Source: an uncultured Aliarcobacter sp.
GTDB taxonomy: Bacteria > Campylobacterota > Campylobacteria > Campylobacterales > Arcobacteraceae
Reading direction: 5' to 3'
Assembly (NCBI GenBank): GCA_963677435.1
Contig: OY781945.1
Location: 1,824,001 to 1,888,000, forward strand
DNA length: 64,000 nucleotides
The translations under genes and the position numbers were made by a program. Positions 1-11,284 of this stretch are shown in pieces (positions within the stretch are counted from its first letter, which is position 1; every line of letters begins with the position of its first letter). Under the pieces are notes generated by a model. That model was not told where the DNA came from. It worked only from the letters and a program-made list of their open reading frames with translations, and made no database searches.

Positions 1-1661
1 AAATTTCCTAATGCGATGATTTTAGTATCAACTTCTCCAATTACACCTTTTCCTGTGATATATTTGAAATTCTCAACCTCTAATATATCAATTGCATTTT
101 CTTTTGCTTTTTTAATTATAGCTTCAGATAAAGGATGTTCACTATTTTGTTCTATTGCAGCAGCAAACTTTAAAATTTCATTTTCATTAAAATTATTTAA
201 ATTTGTAATTGCAGTTACTTGTGGTTTTCCAACTGTTAATGTGCCCGTTTTATCAACAACAACTGTATCAATTTTCTCCATAATTTCTAAGGCTTCAGCA
301 TTCTTAATAAGTACTCCTTCTAATGCACCACGACCAGTACCAACCATAATAGAAATTGGTGTTGCTAACCCTAAAGCACAAGGACAAGCGATAATTAAAA
401 CTGCTACTGCATTTACAATTGCAAAGGCAAGGGTTGGTTCAGGGCCAAAAAAATACCAAATAATATAAGTTATAAAAGATATTAATACGACAGCAGGAAC
501 AAAATATCCTGAAACACTATCTGCAAGTTTTTGAATAGGAGCACGACTTCTTTGTGCTTGAGCTACCATTTCTATTATTTGAGAAATTAATGTGTCTTTA
601 CCTATTTTTGTTGCTTTCATTATAAATACACCTGTACCATTTACAGTTGCACCTATAACTTTATCATCAAGGTTTTTTTCTACAGGAATTGATTCTCCTG
701 TAACCATTGACTCATCAATAATACTTTTTCCGTTAATGATAATTCCATCAACTGGTATTTTTTCTCCTGGTTTAATTTTAAGATTATCATTTAATTGTAT
801 ATCTTCTACATCAATTAATTCTTCTGTTTTATCATTATTAATTCTTATAGCAGTAGAAGGAACAAGATTTAATAACATTTTAATTGCAACATTTGTTCTA
901 GATCTTGCTCTAAGTTCTAATACTTGACCTAATAAAACTAAAGTAATAATTACACCTGCTGCTTCAAAATATACAGGAACCGTTCCACCTTCCCCTTGTA
1001 AATTTATAGGGAAAAGAGTTGGAAGAAACAAGGCAATAACGCTAAATATCCAGGCAACACTCACTCCTAATCCAATAAGCGTGAACATATTTAAACTTTT
1101 GTTTATTACTGAATAATATGCTTTAACATAAAAGTTCCATCCTCCCCAAAGGACAATAGGAGTAGCAAGAAAAAATTCAATATATTGAATTGTCGACATT
1201 GATAAACTAGATGGTAAAATATTTTCACTCAAATCAGCTAACATCGCTAAGATAAATAAAGGAATAGCTAAAACGGTACTTATCCAAAATCTTTTTGTCA
1301 TATAATCTAATTCATCAGTATTTTCTTCTTCTTTCTTGTCTATTACACCCATAGGTTCTAATGCCATACCACATTTAGGACAATCACCTGGCTTATCACG
1401 AATAATCTCTGGATGCATAGGACATGTGTATTTTATATTTTGTTTTATTATTTCGTGAGTATGAGGTTCATCTAGGTGATTATGTTCTAAATGTTCATGA
1501 TTTTTTTCTTCATTAAGATATTGAGAAGGGTTTCTTTCAAACTTATTTAAACAATTCTGACTACAAAAATAGTATTCTTTTTTATCATTAGTTGTACTAA
1601 ATTTTGATGTTTCACTAACATTCATTCCACATACGGGATCTTTTATATTTAAATTATTCAT
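1..1661 (-). CDS. Cu(I)/Ag(I)-translocating P1B-type ATPase with N-terminal YHS and heavy-metal-binding domains (3' part runs off the window)
   Basis: Manual translation of minus strand: [21 protein letters not shown] (YHS), [40 protein letters not shown]. Confidence 0.93.
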   Translation of the reverse strand, partial: MNNLNIKDPVCGMNVSETSKFSTTNDKKEYYFCSQNCLNKFERNPSQYLNEEKNHEHLEHNHLDEPHTHEIIKQNIKYTCPMHPEIIRDKPGDCPKCGMALEPMGVIDKKEEENTDELDYMTKRFWISTVLAIPLFILAMLADLSENILPSSLSMSTIQYIEFFLATPIVLWGGWNFYVKAYYSVINKSLNMFTLIGLGVSVAWIFSVIALFLPTLFPINLQGEGGTVPVYFEAAGVIITLVLLGQVLELRARSRTNVAIKMLLNLVPSTAIRINNDKTEELIDVEDIQLNDNLKIKPGEKIPVDGIIINGKSIIDESMVTGESIPVEKNLDDKVIGATVNGTGVFIMKATKIGKDTLISQIIEMVAQAQRSRAPIQKLADSVSGYFVPAVVLISFITYIIWYFFGPEPTLAFAIVNAVAVLIIACPCALGLATPISIMVGTGRGALEGVLIKNAEALEIMEKIDTVVVDKTGTLTVGKPQVTAITNLNNFNENEILKFAAAIEQNSEHPLSEAIIKKAKENAIDILEVENFKYITGKGVIGEVDTKIIALGN

Positions 1662-1827
1662 TATTATTACCTTTGTTATGTTTGTGTCCACCATGCATAA
1701 ATATATGCATTACTGGACATAAAAGTAATAATAATGGCCAAAATTCAATTATTGAAGCGATTGGTTTATTTGATAGATAAAAAACAATGCCAATAACTAC
1801 AGTTATTACTATAAGAATTTTTTTCAT
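1654..1827 (-). CDS. DUF2933-like small membrane protein (57 aa), absent from ORF track
   Basis: [65 protein letters not shown]; LCPxMHxFMHGGH motif; overlaps ATPase start. Confidence 0.8.
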   Translation of the reverse strand: MKKILIVITVVIGIVFYLSNKPIASIIEFWPLLLLLCPVMHIFMHGGHKHNKGNNNE

Positions 1828-1881
1828 AATATATTTCCTTTATTTAATTTTTAAAACTACTATTTAACTATTAGATATATT

Positions 1882-2076
1882 TTATAACTCATCTATTAAA
1901 GTTCTAAACTCTTCAACGGAAAGTTCTCCCTTAGCTAATCTTTTTTTTAGAATATCTTTATTAGATACTTTATTTTTTTTATCTATAAAATAAATAATAA
2001 TAAATATTACAGATAATAATATTAACCATACCAACATCATTTCAAAGTGATTTAACCTATCTAAATAATCTAACAT
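1882..2076 (-). CDS. Small membrane protein with SHOCT domain
   Basis: TM helix followed by ILKKRLAKGELSVEEF. Confidence 0.75.
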   Translation of the reverse strand: MLDYLDRLNHFEMMLVWLILLSVIFIIIYFIDKKNKVSNKDILKKRLAKGELSVEEFRTLIDEL

Positions 2077-2118
2077 TTTTAATCCTTAAGTTTTTATATT
2101 TATATTATAGGCATTCAA

Positions 2119-2136
2119 CATGCAAGCAACGTGGAA
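2119..2136 (-). promoter_or_regulatory. Degenerate copy of copper-regulon promoter motif
   Basis: CATGCAAGCAACGTGGAA, 43 bp upstream of start 2076, same spacing as the better copies. Confidence 0.5.
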
Positions 2137-2161
2137 AATATAATAAAAAATCAGATTAAAA

Positions 2162-2191
2162 AAAAGCTTCCAAGTTAACTTGAAAGCTTTT
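2162..2191 (-). terminator. Intrinsic terminator after cusA
   Basis: AAAAGCTTCCAAG-TTAA-CTTGAAAGCTTTT hairpin with A/T tails. Confidence 0.7.
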
Positions 2192-2208
2192 ATAAAAGAG
2201 TATAACTA

Positions 2209-5200
2209 TTACTCTTTATTTAGATTTAGTTCGCATTCTTTTTGTGCTTTATTTATGTCATTTCTTTTCCAAATAAAATAAATTGCTGGAACTACTAATA
2301 ATGTCAAAATCACAGCACTAATCATTCCCCCAACCATTGGAGCTGCAATTCTTCCCATTACCTCAGATCCAGTTCCTGTTCCATAAAGAATAGGAAGTAA
2401 ACCTGCGATAATAGCAGTTGCTGTCATCATAACAGGTCGTACTCTCATTCCTGCACCATGAAGAACCGCATGTCTTAGAGTTTCTTCTCTAGGAAGAATG
2501 CTTTGTGCTGCACATTTTTCAATCATTTCATTATATGCTTGATTCAAATATACCAACATAATAACACCAATTTCAACAGCAACACCAGCAAGGGCAATAA
2601 ATCCAACTGCTACTGCTACAGAGAAGTTATACCCTTGTATATACATTAACCAAATACTTCCAACCATAGCTAAAGGAAGTGTTCCCATAATTATTGCAAC
2701 TTCTACAAAGTTACGGAAATTAATATACAATAAAATGATTATAATCATTAGTGTCAATGGAACAACGTACATTAATTTTGCCTTTGCTCTTTCCATATAT
2801 TCATATTGACCTGACCAACCAATAGAATAACCAGCCGGAAGTTTTAACTTTTCATTTACTGCAGCTTGTGCATTTTTAACATAACTTCCTATATCAACAT
2901 CATCTATATCAATAAATGCCCATCCATTTAATCTTGCATTTTCACTCTTAATACCAGGAGGTCCATCTTCAACATAAACTTTAGCAACATCACCTAATGT
3001 AACTCTTTGTCCACTTGGTGTAATTATAGGTAGTAAAGATAATTGCTCAGGTGAACTTCTATAATCTTGTGGATATCTTAAATTAATTGGATATCTCTCT
3101 AGTCCTTCAACTGTTTGTGATACATTCATCCCACCAACTGCTGTTGAAACAATTTGCTGTAAATATGAAATATCTAATCCATATCTTGCTGCTTTTTCTC
3201 TTTGAATATCAACTTTTATATATCTTCCACCAGCAACTCTTTCTGAATAAACAGAAGTAGTTCCAGGAACTTCTTTTATGATTTTTTCTAAATCTTTACC
3301 AATATTTTCTATAACTTTTAAATCTGGGCCTGCTATTTTAATACCAATTGGAGTTTTAATTCCAGTTGCAAGCATATCAATTCTTGTTTTAATTGGCATA
3401 ACCCAAGCATTAGTAACTCCAGGTAATTTTACAAGCGCATCAAATTCTTTTTTTAAACTTTCGGTTGTAAGCCCTTCTCTCCATTGACTTTTAGGCTTAA
3501 GTTGAATAAATGTTTCAATCATTGTAAGTGGAGCTGGATCTGTTGCTGTTTCGGCACGTCCAACTTTTCCAAATACTGTTTCAACTTCTGGTACAGTTTT
3601 TATAAGTTTATCTGTCTGTTGTAAAAGTTCTCTTGCTTTTCCTATAGAAATACCAGGATATGTTGTGGGCATATACATTAAATCACCTTCATCTAAAGGT
3701 GGTATAAATTCGCTCCCTATTTTATCTAAAGGCCAAAATCCGATACCCAAAATAATAAGTGATGATAAAAGAACCATTTTAGGGTATTTTAAAACACCTG
3801 TCAAAATTGGCATATATCCAGCCGTTAACATTCTATTAATTGGATTTTTATGTTCAGGTAAAACTTTTCCTCTAATAAAATATCCCATTAGCACTGGTAT
3901 TAAAGTAATTGCAAGTGCTGCTGATGCTGCCATTGCATAAGTTTTAGTAAATGCTAAAGGAGCAAACATTCTTCCTTCTTGAGCTTCAAGAGTAAATACA
4001 GGCACAAAACTAATAGTAATGATTAATAAACTAAAAAATAGTGCTGGGCCAACTTCACTAGCTGATTCAGCCACAATTCTCCATCTATTTTCTTTTGTTA
4101 AGGGAGTTCTCTCCATATGTTTATGCATATTTTCTATCATAACAATAGCCCCATCAATCATTGCTCCAATTGCAATAGCAATACCTCCAAGAGACATAAT
4201 ATTTGCATTTAATCCTTGCATATACATAACAATAAATGCTGCTAAAATTCCTACAGGTAAACTAACAATTGCAACTAAGGATGACCTAACATGGAAAAGA
4301 AATATAATACAAACTAAAGCTACAACACCAAACTCTTCAAGTAGTTTAAATGTTAGATTATCAACTGCACTTTCAATCAGTTTACTTCTATCATATACAG
4401 GTACAATTTCAACACCTTCAGGTAAACCTTTTTTTAAAGTCTCTAATTTTGCTTTTACAAGTTCAATTGTTTTTTGTGCATTTTCACCATAACGCATAAC
4501 AACAATTCCACCAACTGTTTCTCCTTCACCATTAAGTTCAGCAATTCCTCTTCTCATTTGAGGACCAACATCAATTTCAGCAATATCTTTTAAAAGAAGA
4601 GGTGTACCATTTACGTTCATCCCAAGAGGAATATTTCCTATATCTTCTTTATTTTCTAAATATCCAGTAACTCTTACCATATACTCAGCTTCAGCCATTT
4701 CTACAACTGATGCTCCTACTTCTTGATTACCTTTTTTAATTGCGGTATGAATAAGAGAAAGAGGAATATTAAATGCTCTTAACTTATCAGGATCAATTTT
4801 TACTTGATATTGTTTAACCATACCACCCAGTGCTGTAACTTCAGACACACCTGGAACTGTTTGTAGTTCGTATTTTAAAAACCAATCTTGCAAACTTCTT
4901 AACTGAGAAATATCACGTTTCCCAGATTTATCAGTTAAGGCATAAAGATATACCCATCCAACACCTGTTGCATCAGGACCTAACTGAGTTTTTGCATTTG
5001 AAGGAAGTGATGATGCAACTTGACTTAAATACTCTAAAACTCTACTTCTTGCCCAGTAAAGATCAGTTTTTTCATTAAAAATTACATAAACATACGAATC
5101 TCCAAAAAATGAGTACCCTCGAACTGTAACTGCACCAGGAACAGAAAGCATTGCAGTTGTAAGTGGATAAGTTACTTGATCTTCCACAACTTGAGGTGCT

Positions 5201-5367
5201 TGTCCAGGGTAAGATGTTTTAATAATAACTTGAACATCAGATAAATCAGGAAGGGCATCAACTGCTGTATTTTTAACGGAGAAGAGCCCACCTCCCACAA
5301 GCATAATTGTTGCCAATAAAACAAAAAAACGGTTCTTTACGGACCAATAAATTATAGATTTAATCAT
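2209..5367 (-). CDS. cusA: CusA/SilA-family heavy-metal RND efflux permease
   Basis: 1052 aa; DALPDLSDVQV, LGPDATGVGW, Met triad context (LMYMPT, PLTMIET, WVMPIKTRIDM). Confidence 0.95.
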   Translation of the reverse strand: MIKSIIYWSVKNRFFVLLATIMLVGGGLFSVKNTAVDALPDLSDVQVIIKTSYPGQAPQVVEDQVTYPLTTAMLSVPGAVTVRGYSFFGDSYVYVIFNEKTDLYWARSRVLEYLSQVASSLPSNAKTQLGPDATGVGWVYLYALTDKSGKRDISQLRSLQDWFLKYELQTVPGVSEVTALGGMVKQYQVKIDPDKLRAFNIPLSLIHTAIKKGNQEVGASVVEMAEAEYMVRVTGYLENKEDIGNIPLGMNVNGTPLLLKDIAEIDVGPQMRRGIAELNGEGETVGGIVVMRYGENAQKTIELVKAKLETLKKGLPEGVEIVPVYDRSKLIESAVDNLTFKLLEEFGVVALVCIIFLFHVRSSLVAIVSLPVGILAAFIVMYMQGLNANIMSLGGIAIAIGAMIDGAIVMIENMHKHMERTPLTKENRWRIVAESASEVGPALFFSLLIITISFVPVFTLEAQEGRMFAPLAFTKTYAMAASAALAITLIPVLMGYFIRGKVLPEHKNPINRMLTAGYMPILTGVLKYPKMVLLSSLIILGIGFWPLDKIGSEFIPPLDEGDLMYMPTTYPGISIGKARELLQQTDKLIKTVPEVETVFGKVGRAETATDPAPLTMIETFIQLKPKSQWREGLTTESLKKEFDALVKLPGVTNAWVMPIKTRIDMLATGIKTPIGIKIAGPDLKVIENIGKDLEKIIKEVPGTTSVYSERVAGGRYIKVDIQREKAARYGLDISYLQQIVSTAVGGMNVSQTVEGLERYPINLRYPQDYRSSPEQLSLLPIITPSGQRVTLGDVAKVYVEDGPPGIKSENARLNGWAFIDIDDVDIGSYVKNAQAAVNEKLKLPAGYSIGWSGQYEYMERAKAKLMYVVPLTLMIIIILLYINFRNFVEVAIIMGTLPLAMVGSIWLMYIQGYNFSVAVAVGFIALAGVAVEIGVIMLVYLNQAYNEMIEKCAAQSILPREETLRHAVLHGAGMRVRPVMMTATAIIAGLLPILYGTGTGSEVMGRIAAPMVGGMISAVILTLLVVPAIYFIWKRNDINKAQKECELNLNKE

Positions 5368-5384
5368 AATAATTCCTTCATTCT

Positions 5385-6887
5385 CTAATGTTTCATTCGA
5401 ACATCAGTAATAATATATTTATTATCTTTTGTCTTAGTTATTTCTATATCCATAGGCATATCTACTTTAAACATTGAGAAATCAATTTCTTTTGATACTT
5501 CAAAATTCATTGTCATTGAGGGCCATTTCCAGTTTGGAATTGCACTATGAGTTACTTTTATTGTATTATCTTCAACAATTAATTTTACTACTTTTGCTTC
5601 AACCCATTGTTTTAAATTGGGATCTTTATTTGTACTTTGCTCATCAGATGTTTGATTATCTTGTTTACTTTCAAAGCTTGACATACGTTTAAAATCTGAA
5701 GTTTTACTTGATTCTGAATCAAGTAAAAATTGAGCAGAAGTAACAATTTTTTCACCTTCAGTTAAACCTGATAGAATTTCTGCATACTCATCATTAAGTT
5801 TACCGATTTTTACATTTACAGATTTAAAACTACCATCACCTAATGCAAGAACTACTCTATTTGAATTACCTGTTCTTATAACAGCCTCTTTTGGTACAGT
5901 AAGTCTTTCTTTATCATTTTGTCCATGAATAGTGACTTGTGCAAACATACCTGGTTTTAAAAGTTCATCTTCATTTGCAAATTTTAATCTAATTTTTAAT
6001 GTTCTTGTTTTAGTATCAAGTGTAGGATAAATATAATCAACAATACCTTTGTATTCATGTCCTGGTAAATAATCAAGTTTCATATCCACAGGACTTCCAA
6101 TTTTTACTTCTGCTGATTGACGTTCAAATACTTCTGCATTTACCCAAATTTGTTTTAATGTCCCAATAGACATAATCGTAACTCCAGGTTTTACAAAGAA
6201 ACCTTCTCTAATTTGAAGATTATCTACTACACCTGTTTTACTAGAATAAAAAGTAATAGTTTGTTTAATTTTTCTTGTTCTTTCAATCTCTTCTATTGCA
6301 GAAATAGGTACTTGTAAAGATTTTAATCTATTTCTTGCTGCTTTTATTAATCTATCATTCTTTTGTTCTATTGCTTGGAGAAACTCTCCTTGTGCATTTA
6401 CCATTTCAGGAGAATAAATATCATATAAAGGTTCTCCTTTTTTTACAGGATTACCAGAAGCTTTTATATAAAGTTTTTCTATCCATCCACTAATTCTTGG
6501 ATGGATATGTACTAAATAATCTTCATCATAATTTACATAACCTACAGTATTAATTTGAGAATGGAGGGCTTGTCTTTTTACTATATCAGTTCTTACACCT
6601 AAATTATTTACAACTGTTGGTGAAATTTTTACAGTTCCTTTGCCTTCATCTGGGCCACCCCCTTCATTACCATAAAATGGAATTAAATCCATTCCCATAG
6701 GAGATTTTCCAGGTTTATCTCTTTTATAATTTGCATCCATTGGTGCTACCCAATAAAGAGGTTTTTTTTCAATATTTTTATTTTCACTTGGAGAATTTTG
6801 ATTTATAGGTTTTTCCAAGGAATTTAATCCAATATAAGTGATTCCTCCACCTAAAAGAATACCCGCTACGAATAAACTAAATTTCAT
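5385..6887 (-). CDS. cusB: CusB-family periplasmic adaptor with C-terminal CusF-like domain
   Basis: YWVAPMD..KPGKSPMGMDL N-terminal motif; C-terminal THSAIPNWKWPSMTMNF. Confidence 0.92.
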   Translation of the reverse strand: MKFSLFVAGILLGGGITYIGLNSLEKPINQNSPSENKNIEKKPLYWVAPMDANYKRDKPGKSPMGMDLIPFYGNEGGGPDEGKGTVKISPTVVNNLGVRTDIVKRQALHSQINTVGYVNYDEDYLVHIHPRISGWIEKLYIKASGNPVKKGEPLYDIYSPEMVNAQGEFLQAIEQKNDRLIKAARNRLKSLQVPISAIEEIERTRKIKQTITFYSSKTGVVDNLQIREGFFVKPGVTIMSIGTLKQIWVNAEVFERQSAEVKIGSPVDMKLDYLPGHEYKGIVDYIYPTLDTKTRTLKIRLKFANEDELLKPGMFAQVTIHGQNDKERLTVPKEAVIRTGNSNRVVLALGDGSFKSVNVKIGKLNDEYAEILSGLTEGEKIVTSAQFLLDSESSKTSDFKRMSSFESKQDNQTSDEQSTNKDPNLKQWVEAKVVKLIVEDNTIKVTHSAIPNWKWPSMTMNFEVSKEIDFSMFKVDMPMDIEITKTKDNKYIITDVRMKH

Positions 6888-6898
6888 TGTTTTTTCCT

Positions 6899-8257
6899 TT
6901 ATCTATTTACTATATTTTCTGCATTATCTGTAAAAAGATAATTATATTTAACAATATTTTTTTGAATGTCAACATTTATATTCAATATATCAATTTGTGC
7001 ATTTAATTGTGATATTCTTGACCTTACAACTTCTGGAAAATCTCCATCATCATTTGTATATGCAGTTAATGAAGCCTCAGATTGTTCATTCATTTGTGGT
7101 AACAATTTTGTTAAATATAAAGATTGTCTTTCTTTTAATCTTATTAAATCTGCTTTTGTAGTTTCATATAAACTAAAAAGTTTTTTATATTGCAAAATCT
7201 TTTCAGTTTCAACTGACTTTGTTTTAAGCATTGCTACTTTAAGCTCTTTATCCTGCTTATTTTTAACAAATATGGGAAGATCCAAAGTAAGTCCAACAGA
7301 AAATAAATCAGCTCTATTTCTTCCCATTAAATCATCTTCTCTTTTTGCATAACTTGTATTTACTGAAAATTGTGGTTTATAATTTTCTCTTGCTAATTTA
7401 ATACTTTTAGAAGTTGCTTTAATTTTCTGTTCAATATTTTTTATAGAAGGATGATTCTCAAACATAGTTAATATTTTTTCCGAATCTTCTTTAAGATTGA
7501 AGTAGTTTGGATTAATCATTTCAATATTAGGGAAACTTCTAGGTAATAGTAAATTTGAACTTTCCAAAATATTTCCACTATTAATCTTATCCTCTGTAAA
7601 ATCAGATAACCACTCTGATAAACTTAATAGTGCTGTATCTTTTTTTTGTTTTAATAAGGTAAGTCTGTCTTCTAATTTTGTTAATTCTAGTTGTGCTCTT
7701 ATAATATCTTGTTGTCTTGTTTTTCCAAATGCTGAAGAATAACTTGACTCAGCTATATCTGCTAATTGTTCAAATAAAGAACGGTTTTTTTCAATTAAAG
7801 CAATACTTTCTTGAGCTTTATATGCTTCTAACCAAAGTTGAGCAATCTGTACAGTTAGTTTGCCCTTTCTATCTTCTCTTTGATATGGATATTGGCTAGC
7901 TTGTAATTTAAGTTGTTCTTGTCTTATTTCTAAGCTATCTCCTCTTGGAAACATTTGAGAAATACCTACTTTTAATTGAGTCATAGCTTCTTGATTTAAA
8001 TCAAATGTATCAGTTGGTATATTAGCTGCACCAATTGTTACTTTAGGATCAGCATAAGTACCAGCAGCAATACTACTTTCTTCTATAGCTTCTTGTGAAT
8101 ATTCATTACCTTTTAACCATGAATCATTGAGTACTGCTATTTTAATAACATTTTGAAGTGCTAATTCATTTACATCTTTTTTTACTATATCATCAAGTTC
8201 GAGTGAAAAACTTGATGATATTATTAGAGAAGATAGGAATAATGATTTATAAATCAT
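6899..8257 (-). CDS. TolC-family outer membrane efflux protein (CusC role)
   Basis: Signal peptide, helical OEP-like repeats, QEAMTQLKVGISQMFP, directly upstream of cusBA. Confidence 0.88.
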   Translation of the reverse strand: MIYKSLFLSSLIISSSFSLELDDIVKKDVNELALQNVIKIAVLNDSWLKGNEYSQEAIEESSIAAGTYADPKVTIGAANIPTDTFDLNQEAMTQLKVGISQMFPRGDSLEIRQEQLKLQASQYPYQREDRKGKLTVQIAQLWLEAYKAQESIALIEKNRSLFEQLADIAESSYSSAFGKTRQQDIIRAQLELTKLEDRLTLLKQKKDTALLSLSEWLSDFTEDKINSGNILESSNLLLPRSFPNIEMINPNYFNLKEDSEKILTMFENHPSIKNIEQKIKATSKSIKLARENYKPQFSVNTSYAKREDDLMGRNRADLFSVGLTLDLPIFVKNKQDKELKVAMLKTKSVETEKILQYKKLFSLYETTKADLIRLKERQSLYLTKLLPQMNEQSEASLTAYTNDDGDFPEVVRSRISQLNAQIDILNINVDIQKNIVKYNYLFTDNAENIVNR

Positions 8258-8730
8258 TTTATATTTACACTGCCATTTACTTTATTTATTACCCCATCAC
8301 TCGTTTTAAAAATTAGTTCATATGCCCATTCTCCAGCCATACTAAAGTTAATATCTATATTCCCATTTTCTTTTACTTGCTCCGTAAATTCCATTCCTGG
8401 CATTGAAGGCATTGAAAGGTTCATACTGATATCAGCATTTTTTATTTCCTTCTTATTTTGCATTAATTTAATAAACATATGGTTTTTACCATCAGTTAAA
8501 GGTTTTTCAGAACTTAGAGTTATTGAATATCCATTTATCATCATATTGTGATGATATAAATTCATTTCAGTATCTTGCATCTGCTTTGTAGTCATACCAT
8601 CCATATTCATATGGTTTGTCATTTTACCTTCATGCATATGGTCTCCCGTATGATCTTCACTTGCATATAATCCACTACTTACAAATAAACTTAATCCTAA
8701 TCCCAATAATACTTTTTGTACGGCTTTCAT
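8254..8730 (-). CDS. Periplasmic His/Met-rich protein with FixH/YtkA-like domain
   Basis: Signal peptide, HMHEGKM tract, SMPSMPGM and FSMAGEW motifs. Confidence 0.7.
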   Translation of the reverse strand: MKAVQKVLLGLGLSLFVSSGLYASEDHTGDHMHEGKMTNHMNMDGMTTKQMQDTEMNLYHHNMMINGYSITLSSEKPLTDGKNHMFIKLMQNKKEIKNADISMNLSMPSMPGMEFTEQVKENGNIDINFSMAGEWAYELIFKTSDGVINKVNGSVNIK

Positions 8731-8772
8731 TCTTTATCCTTTGATTTTTTATACAAAATTATATTAATCTAA

Positions 8773-8790
8773 TAAGGAATGAATGTGGAA
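8773..8790 (-). promoter_or_regulatory. Copper-regulon promoter motif
   Basis: TAAGGAATGAATGTGGAA, 43 bp upstream of start; TATAAT on minus strand at 8758-8763. Confidence 0.75.
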
Positions 8791-8864
8791 GGTTAGGAAA
8801 AATTAATTAATGAGAAGGAAGTTTATTAAAGGAGAAAAGCAAGAGATGAATAAATCATCTTTCA

Positions 8865-11045
8865 CTAAATTTTTTTAAATTTTAATCTTAGAGAATTTAG
8901 TACAACAGTTACAGATGAAAAGCTCATCGCAATTCCTGCATACATAGGAGTTAGCATTACTCCGAAAATAGGATAGAAGATTCCAGCTGCTAAGGGAATG
9001 CCTCCTATATTATAAATAAAAGCCCAAAATAAATTTTGTTTTATTACTTTCATTGATTCAATAGATAAATTTATACTTTTGGATACTGCTTTTAAATCAT
9101 TATTTATTAAGATAATATCTCCAGCATCTTTTGTAATATCAGAACCAGAATTTAAAGTAATACCAATATCTGCTTGTTTAATAGATGGTGAATCATTTAT
9201 TCCATCGCCAACAAACATCACTTTTGCTTCTTTTTGAAGCTCTATAATCACTTTATATTTTTCATCAGGTAAAACTTGAGCATAAACTTTATCAATATTT
9301 AGCTCTTTTGCAACACTATTTGCAGTAATTTGATTGTCCCCTGTTAATAATATAGGAGTGATATTTTTTGCTTTTAAATCAGCTATTAATTCTTTTGCTC
9401 CATCTTTAATACTATCTTCTAAAGCAAAAACAGCAACACACTCTTTGTCAATTGAAGCTAAAATAACACCTGCTCCATTATTTAATGAAGTATTATAGAA
9501 ATCTAAATACTTACTATCTAAGTTAATGCTATTTTTTTCTAAAAAAGATAAAGAACCTATCAATATTTCTTTATTTTCATATATTGCCTTAATTCCAAGG
9601 CCTGGAATGATTTGTATATCTTCAAACTCTTTATTTAAAGATATATTCTTTGTTTGTGCAAAAACTACAACTGCTTTTGAGATGGGATGTTCACTTTTTG
9701 TTTCAAGTGATGCTAAAATATCTAAATATTTTTCTTCATATACTGCATCTTTAACTGAAATGATTCCTTTTGTAAGAGTTCCTGTTTTATCAAATACAGC
9801 ATATTTTATATCTTTTATAATTTCAAGGATTTCAGGATTTTTTATTAATATTCCCTCTTGTGCACCTTTACCAACTGAGCTTACAATTGCAATAGGAGTT
9901 GCAAGACCTAAAGCACAAGGACATGAAATAACTAAAACAGAGATAGATGCTAAAATAGCATTTAAAGCATTTCCTACTATAAAATACCAAGCAAAAAATG
10001 TAAGAATTGAAATGATAATAACCGTTGGAACAAAAATATTTGCGACATTATCAGCAAATCTACTTATTGGAAGTTTTTTACTTTGTGCAGTACTTAAAAG
10101 TGCAATTATCTTTGATAAAGTAGTATCATTTGATTGCTTTAATACTACAACTTCTATAACTCCAGTTGTATTTAAAGTTCCTGCTATTACTTCATCACCG
10201 ATAGTTTTATATACAGGCATTGATTCTCCTGTAATCATAGAAGTATCAATATCAGCACTTCCTTTACTTATAACGGCATCAGTAGATATTTTCTCACCCG
10301 TTTTTATTAAAACTTTATCACCAACTTTTAATTCACTAGCCAGAACAGTTTTAAAACTACCATCTTCACAAATTAATGTTGCATTTAATGGAGCTAAGTC
10401 CATAAGTTTTTTCAAAAAGTCAGTAGCTTTTGCTTTTGAACGCTCTTCAAGTAATCGTCCTAAAAGAATAAAACTAATTATAACAGCAGCACCATCAAAA
10501 TATAAGAATCTTAAATTTTCAGGAAATAATGAAGGGAAAAATACTACAAAAACTGAGTAGAAATATGCAGCACTAGTTCCTAATGCAACTAAAACATTCA
10601 TATCATAATTTTTATTACTTACAGCCTTATAAGCCAAAATATAAAATCTTCTTCCTGAATAAAATTGAATAACGGTTGCAAGTGAAAACATAATATATTG
10701 ATTGTTTAGCAAATTTTGAAGAGGGAATAAAACAAAATAAAGCATTATAATTGTGAGTGAAATACTTATAAAAAAATTATACTTTAGTTTATTGTAAGCA
10801 ATTAATTTAGACTTTTCTAAAGCTTTTAAATCTTCTTCAACTCCATAGCCTAGCTTTCTGATTTTATTGAACAATGCTTCTTTATCTAAAAGTTTATTTT
10901 CAATTTCAAATTCACCTTCATTTGAAGCAAAACTTACTTTTGAAGAGAGTAAGCCATCAAGTTTATTGACAGCTTTCTCAATTCCATTTGAACAATTTAC
11001 ACAAGTCATCCCCGAAATATTTATTTTTATGATTTCTTTTGACAT
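8865..11045 (-). CDS. copA: Copper-translocating P1B-1 ATPase
   Basis: GMTCVNC HMA, TGES, CPC, DKTGT, GDGIND, YN and MSFSS motifs. Confidence 0.95.
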   Translation of the reverse strand: MSKEIIKINISGMTCVNCSNGIEKAVNKLDGLLSSKVSFASNEGEFEIENKLLDKEALFNKIRKLGYGVEEDLKALEKSKLIAYNKLKYNFFISISLTIIMLYFVLFPLQNLLNNQYIMFSLATVIQFYSGRRFYILAYKAVSNKNYDMNVLVALGTSAAYFYSVFVVFFPSLFPENLRFLYFDGAAVIISFILLGRLLEERSKAKATDFLKKLMDLAPLNATLICEDGSFKTVLASELKVGDKVLIKTGEKISTDAVISKGSADIDTSMITGESMPVYKTIGDEVIAGTLNTTGVIEVVVLKQSNDTTLSKIIALLSTAQSKKLPISRFADNVANIFVPTVIIISILTFFAWYFIVGNALNAILASISVLVISCPCALGLATPIAIVSSVGKGAQEGILIKNPEILEIIKDIKYAVFDKTGTLTKGIISVKDAVYEEKYLDILASLETKSEHPISKAVVVFAQTKNISLNKEFEDIQIIPGLGIKAIYENKEILIGSLSFLEKNSINLDSKYLDFYNTSLNNGAGVILASIDKECVAVFALEDSIKDGAKELIADLKAKNITPILLTGDNQITANSVAKELNIDKVYAQVLPDEKYKVIIELQKEAKVMFVGDGINDSPSIKQADIGITLNSGSDITKDAGDIILINNDLKAVSKSINLSIESMKVIKQNLFWAFIYNIGGIPLAAGIFYPIFGVMLTPMYAGIAMSFSSVTVVLNSLRLKFKKI

Positions 11046-11072
11046 TTTTAATCCTTGAATAACTTATATATT

Positions 11073-11279
11073 TTAATTGTCTATTATTTCAAATCCTAGT
11101 TCTTGCATCTCTTTTTTAAATGTAACTTCTTGTTCTTCAGTTGAAATTTCGAGAGTAACTTCTTTTGGTGAAGTATTCAAGTTTACTTCAATCTCTCCAA
11201 AACTATCTTCTAAAGAACCTTTAATAAGATTTGCACAACTCATACAAGAGATGTTATTTGCTTTAAATGTTTTTTTCAT
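11073..11279 (-). CDS. HMA-domain copper chaperone (CopZ/CopP-like)
   Basis: 68 aa, ISCMSC motif, upstream of ATPase. Confidence 0.85.
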   Translation of the reverse strand: MKKTFKANNISCMSCANLIKGSLEDSFGEIEVNLNTSPKEVTLEISTEEQEVTFKKEMQELGFEIIDN

Positions 11280-11284
11280 ATTTC

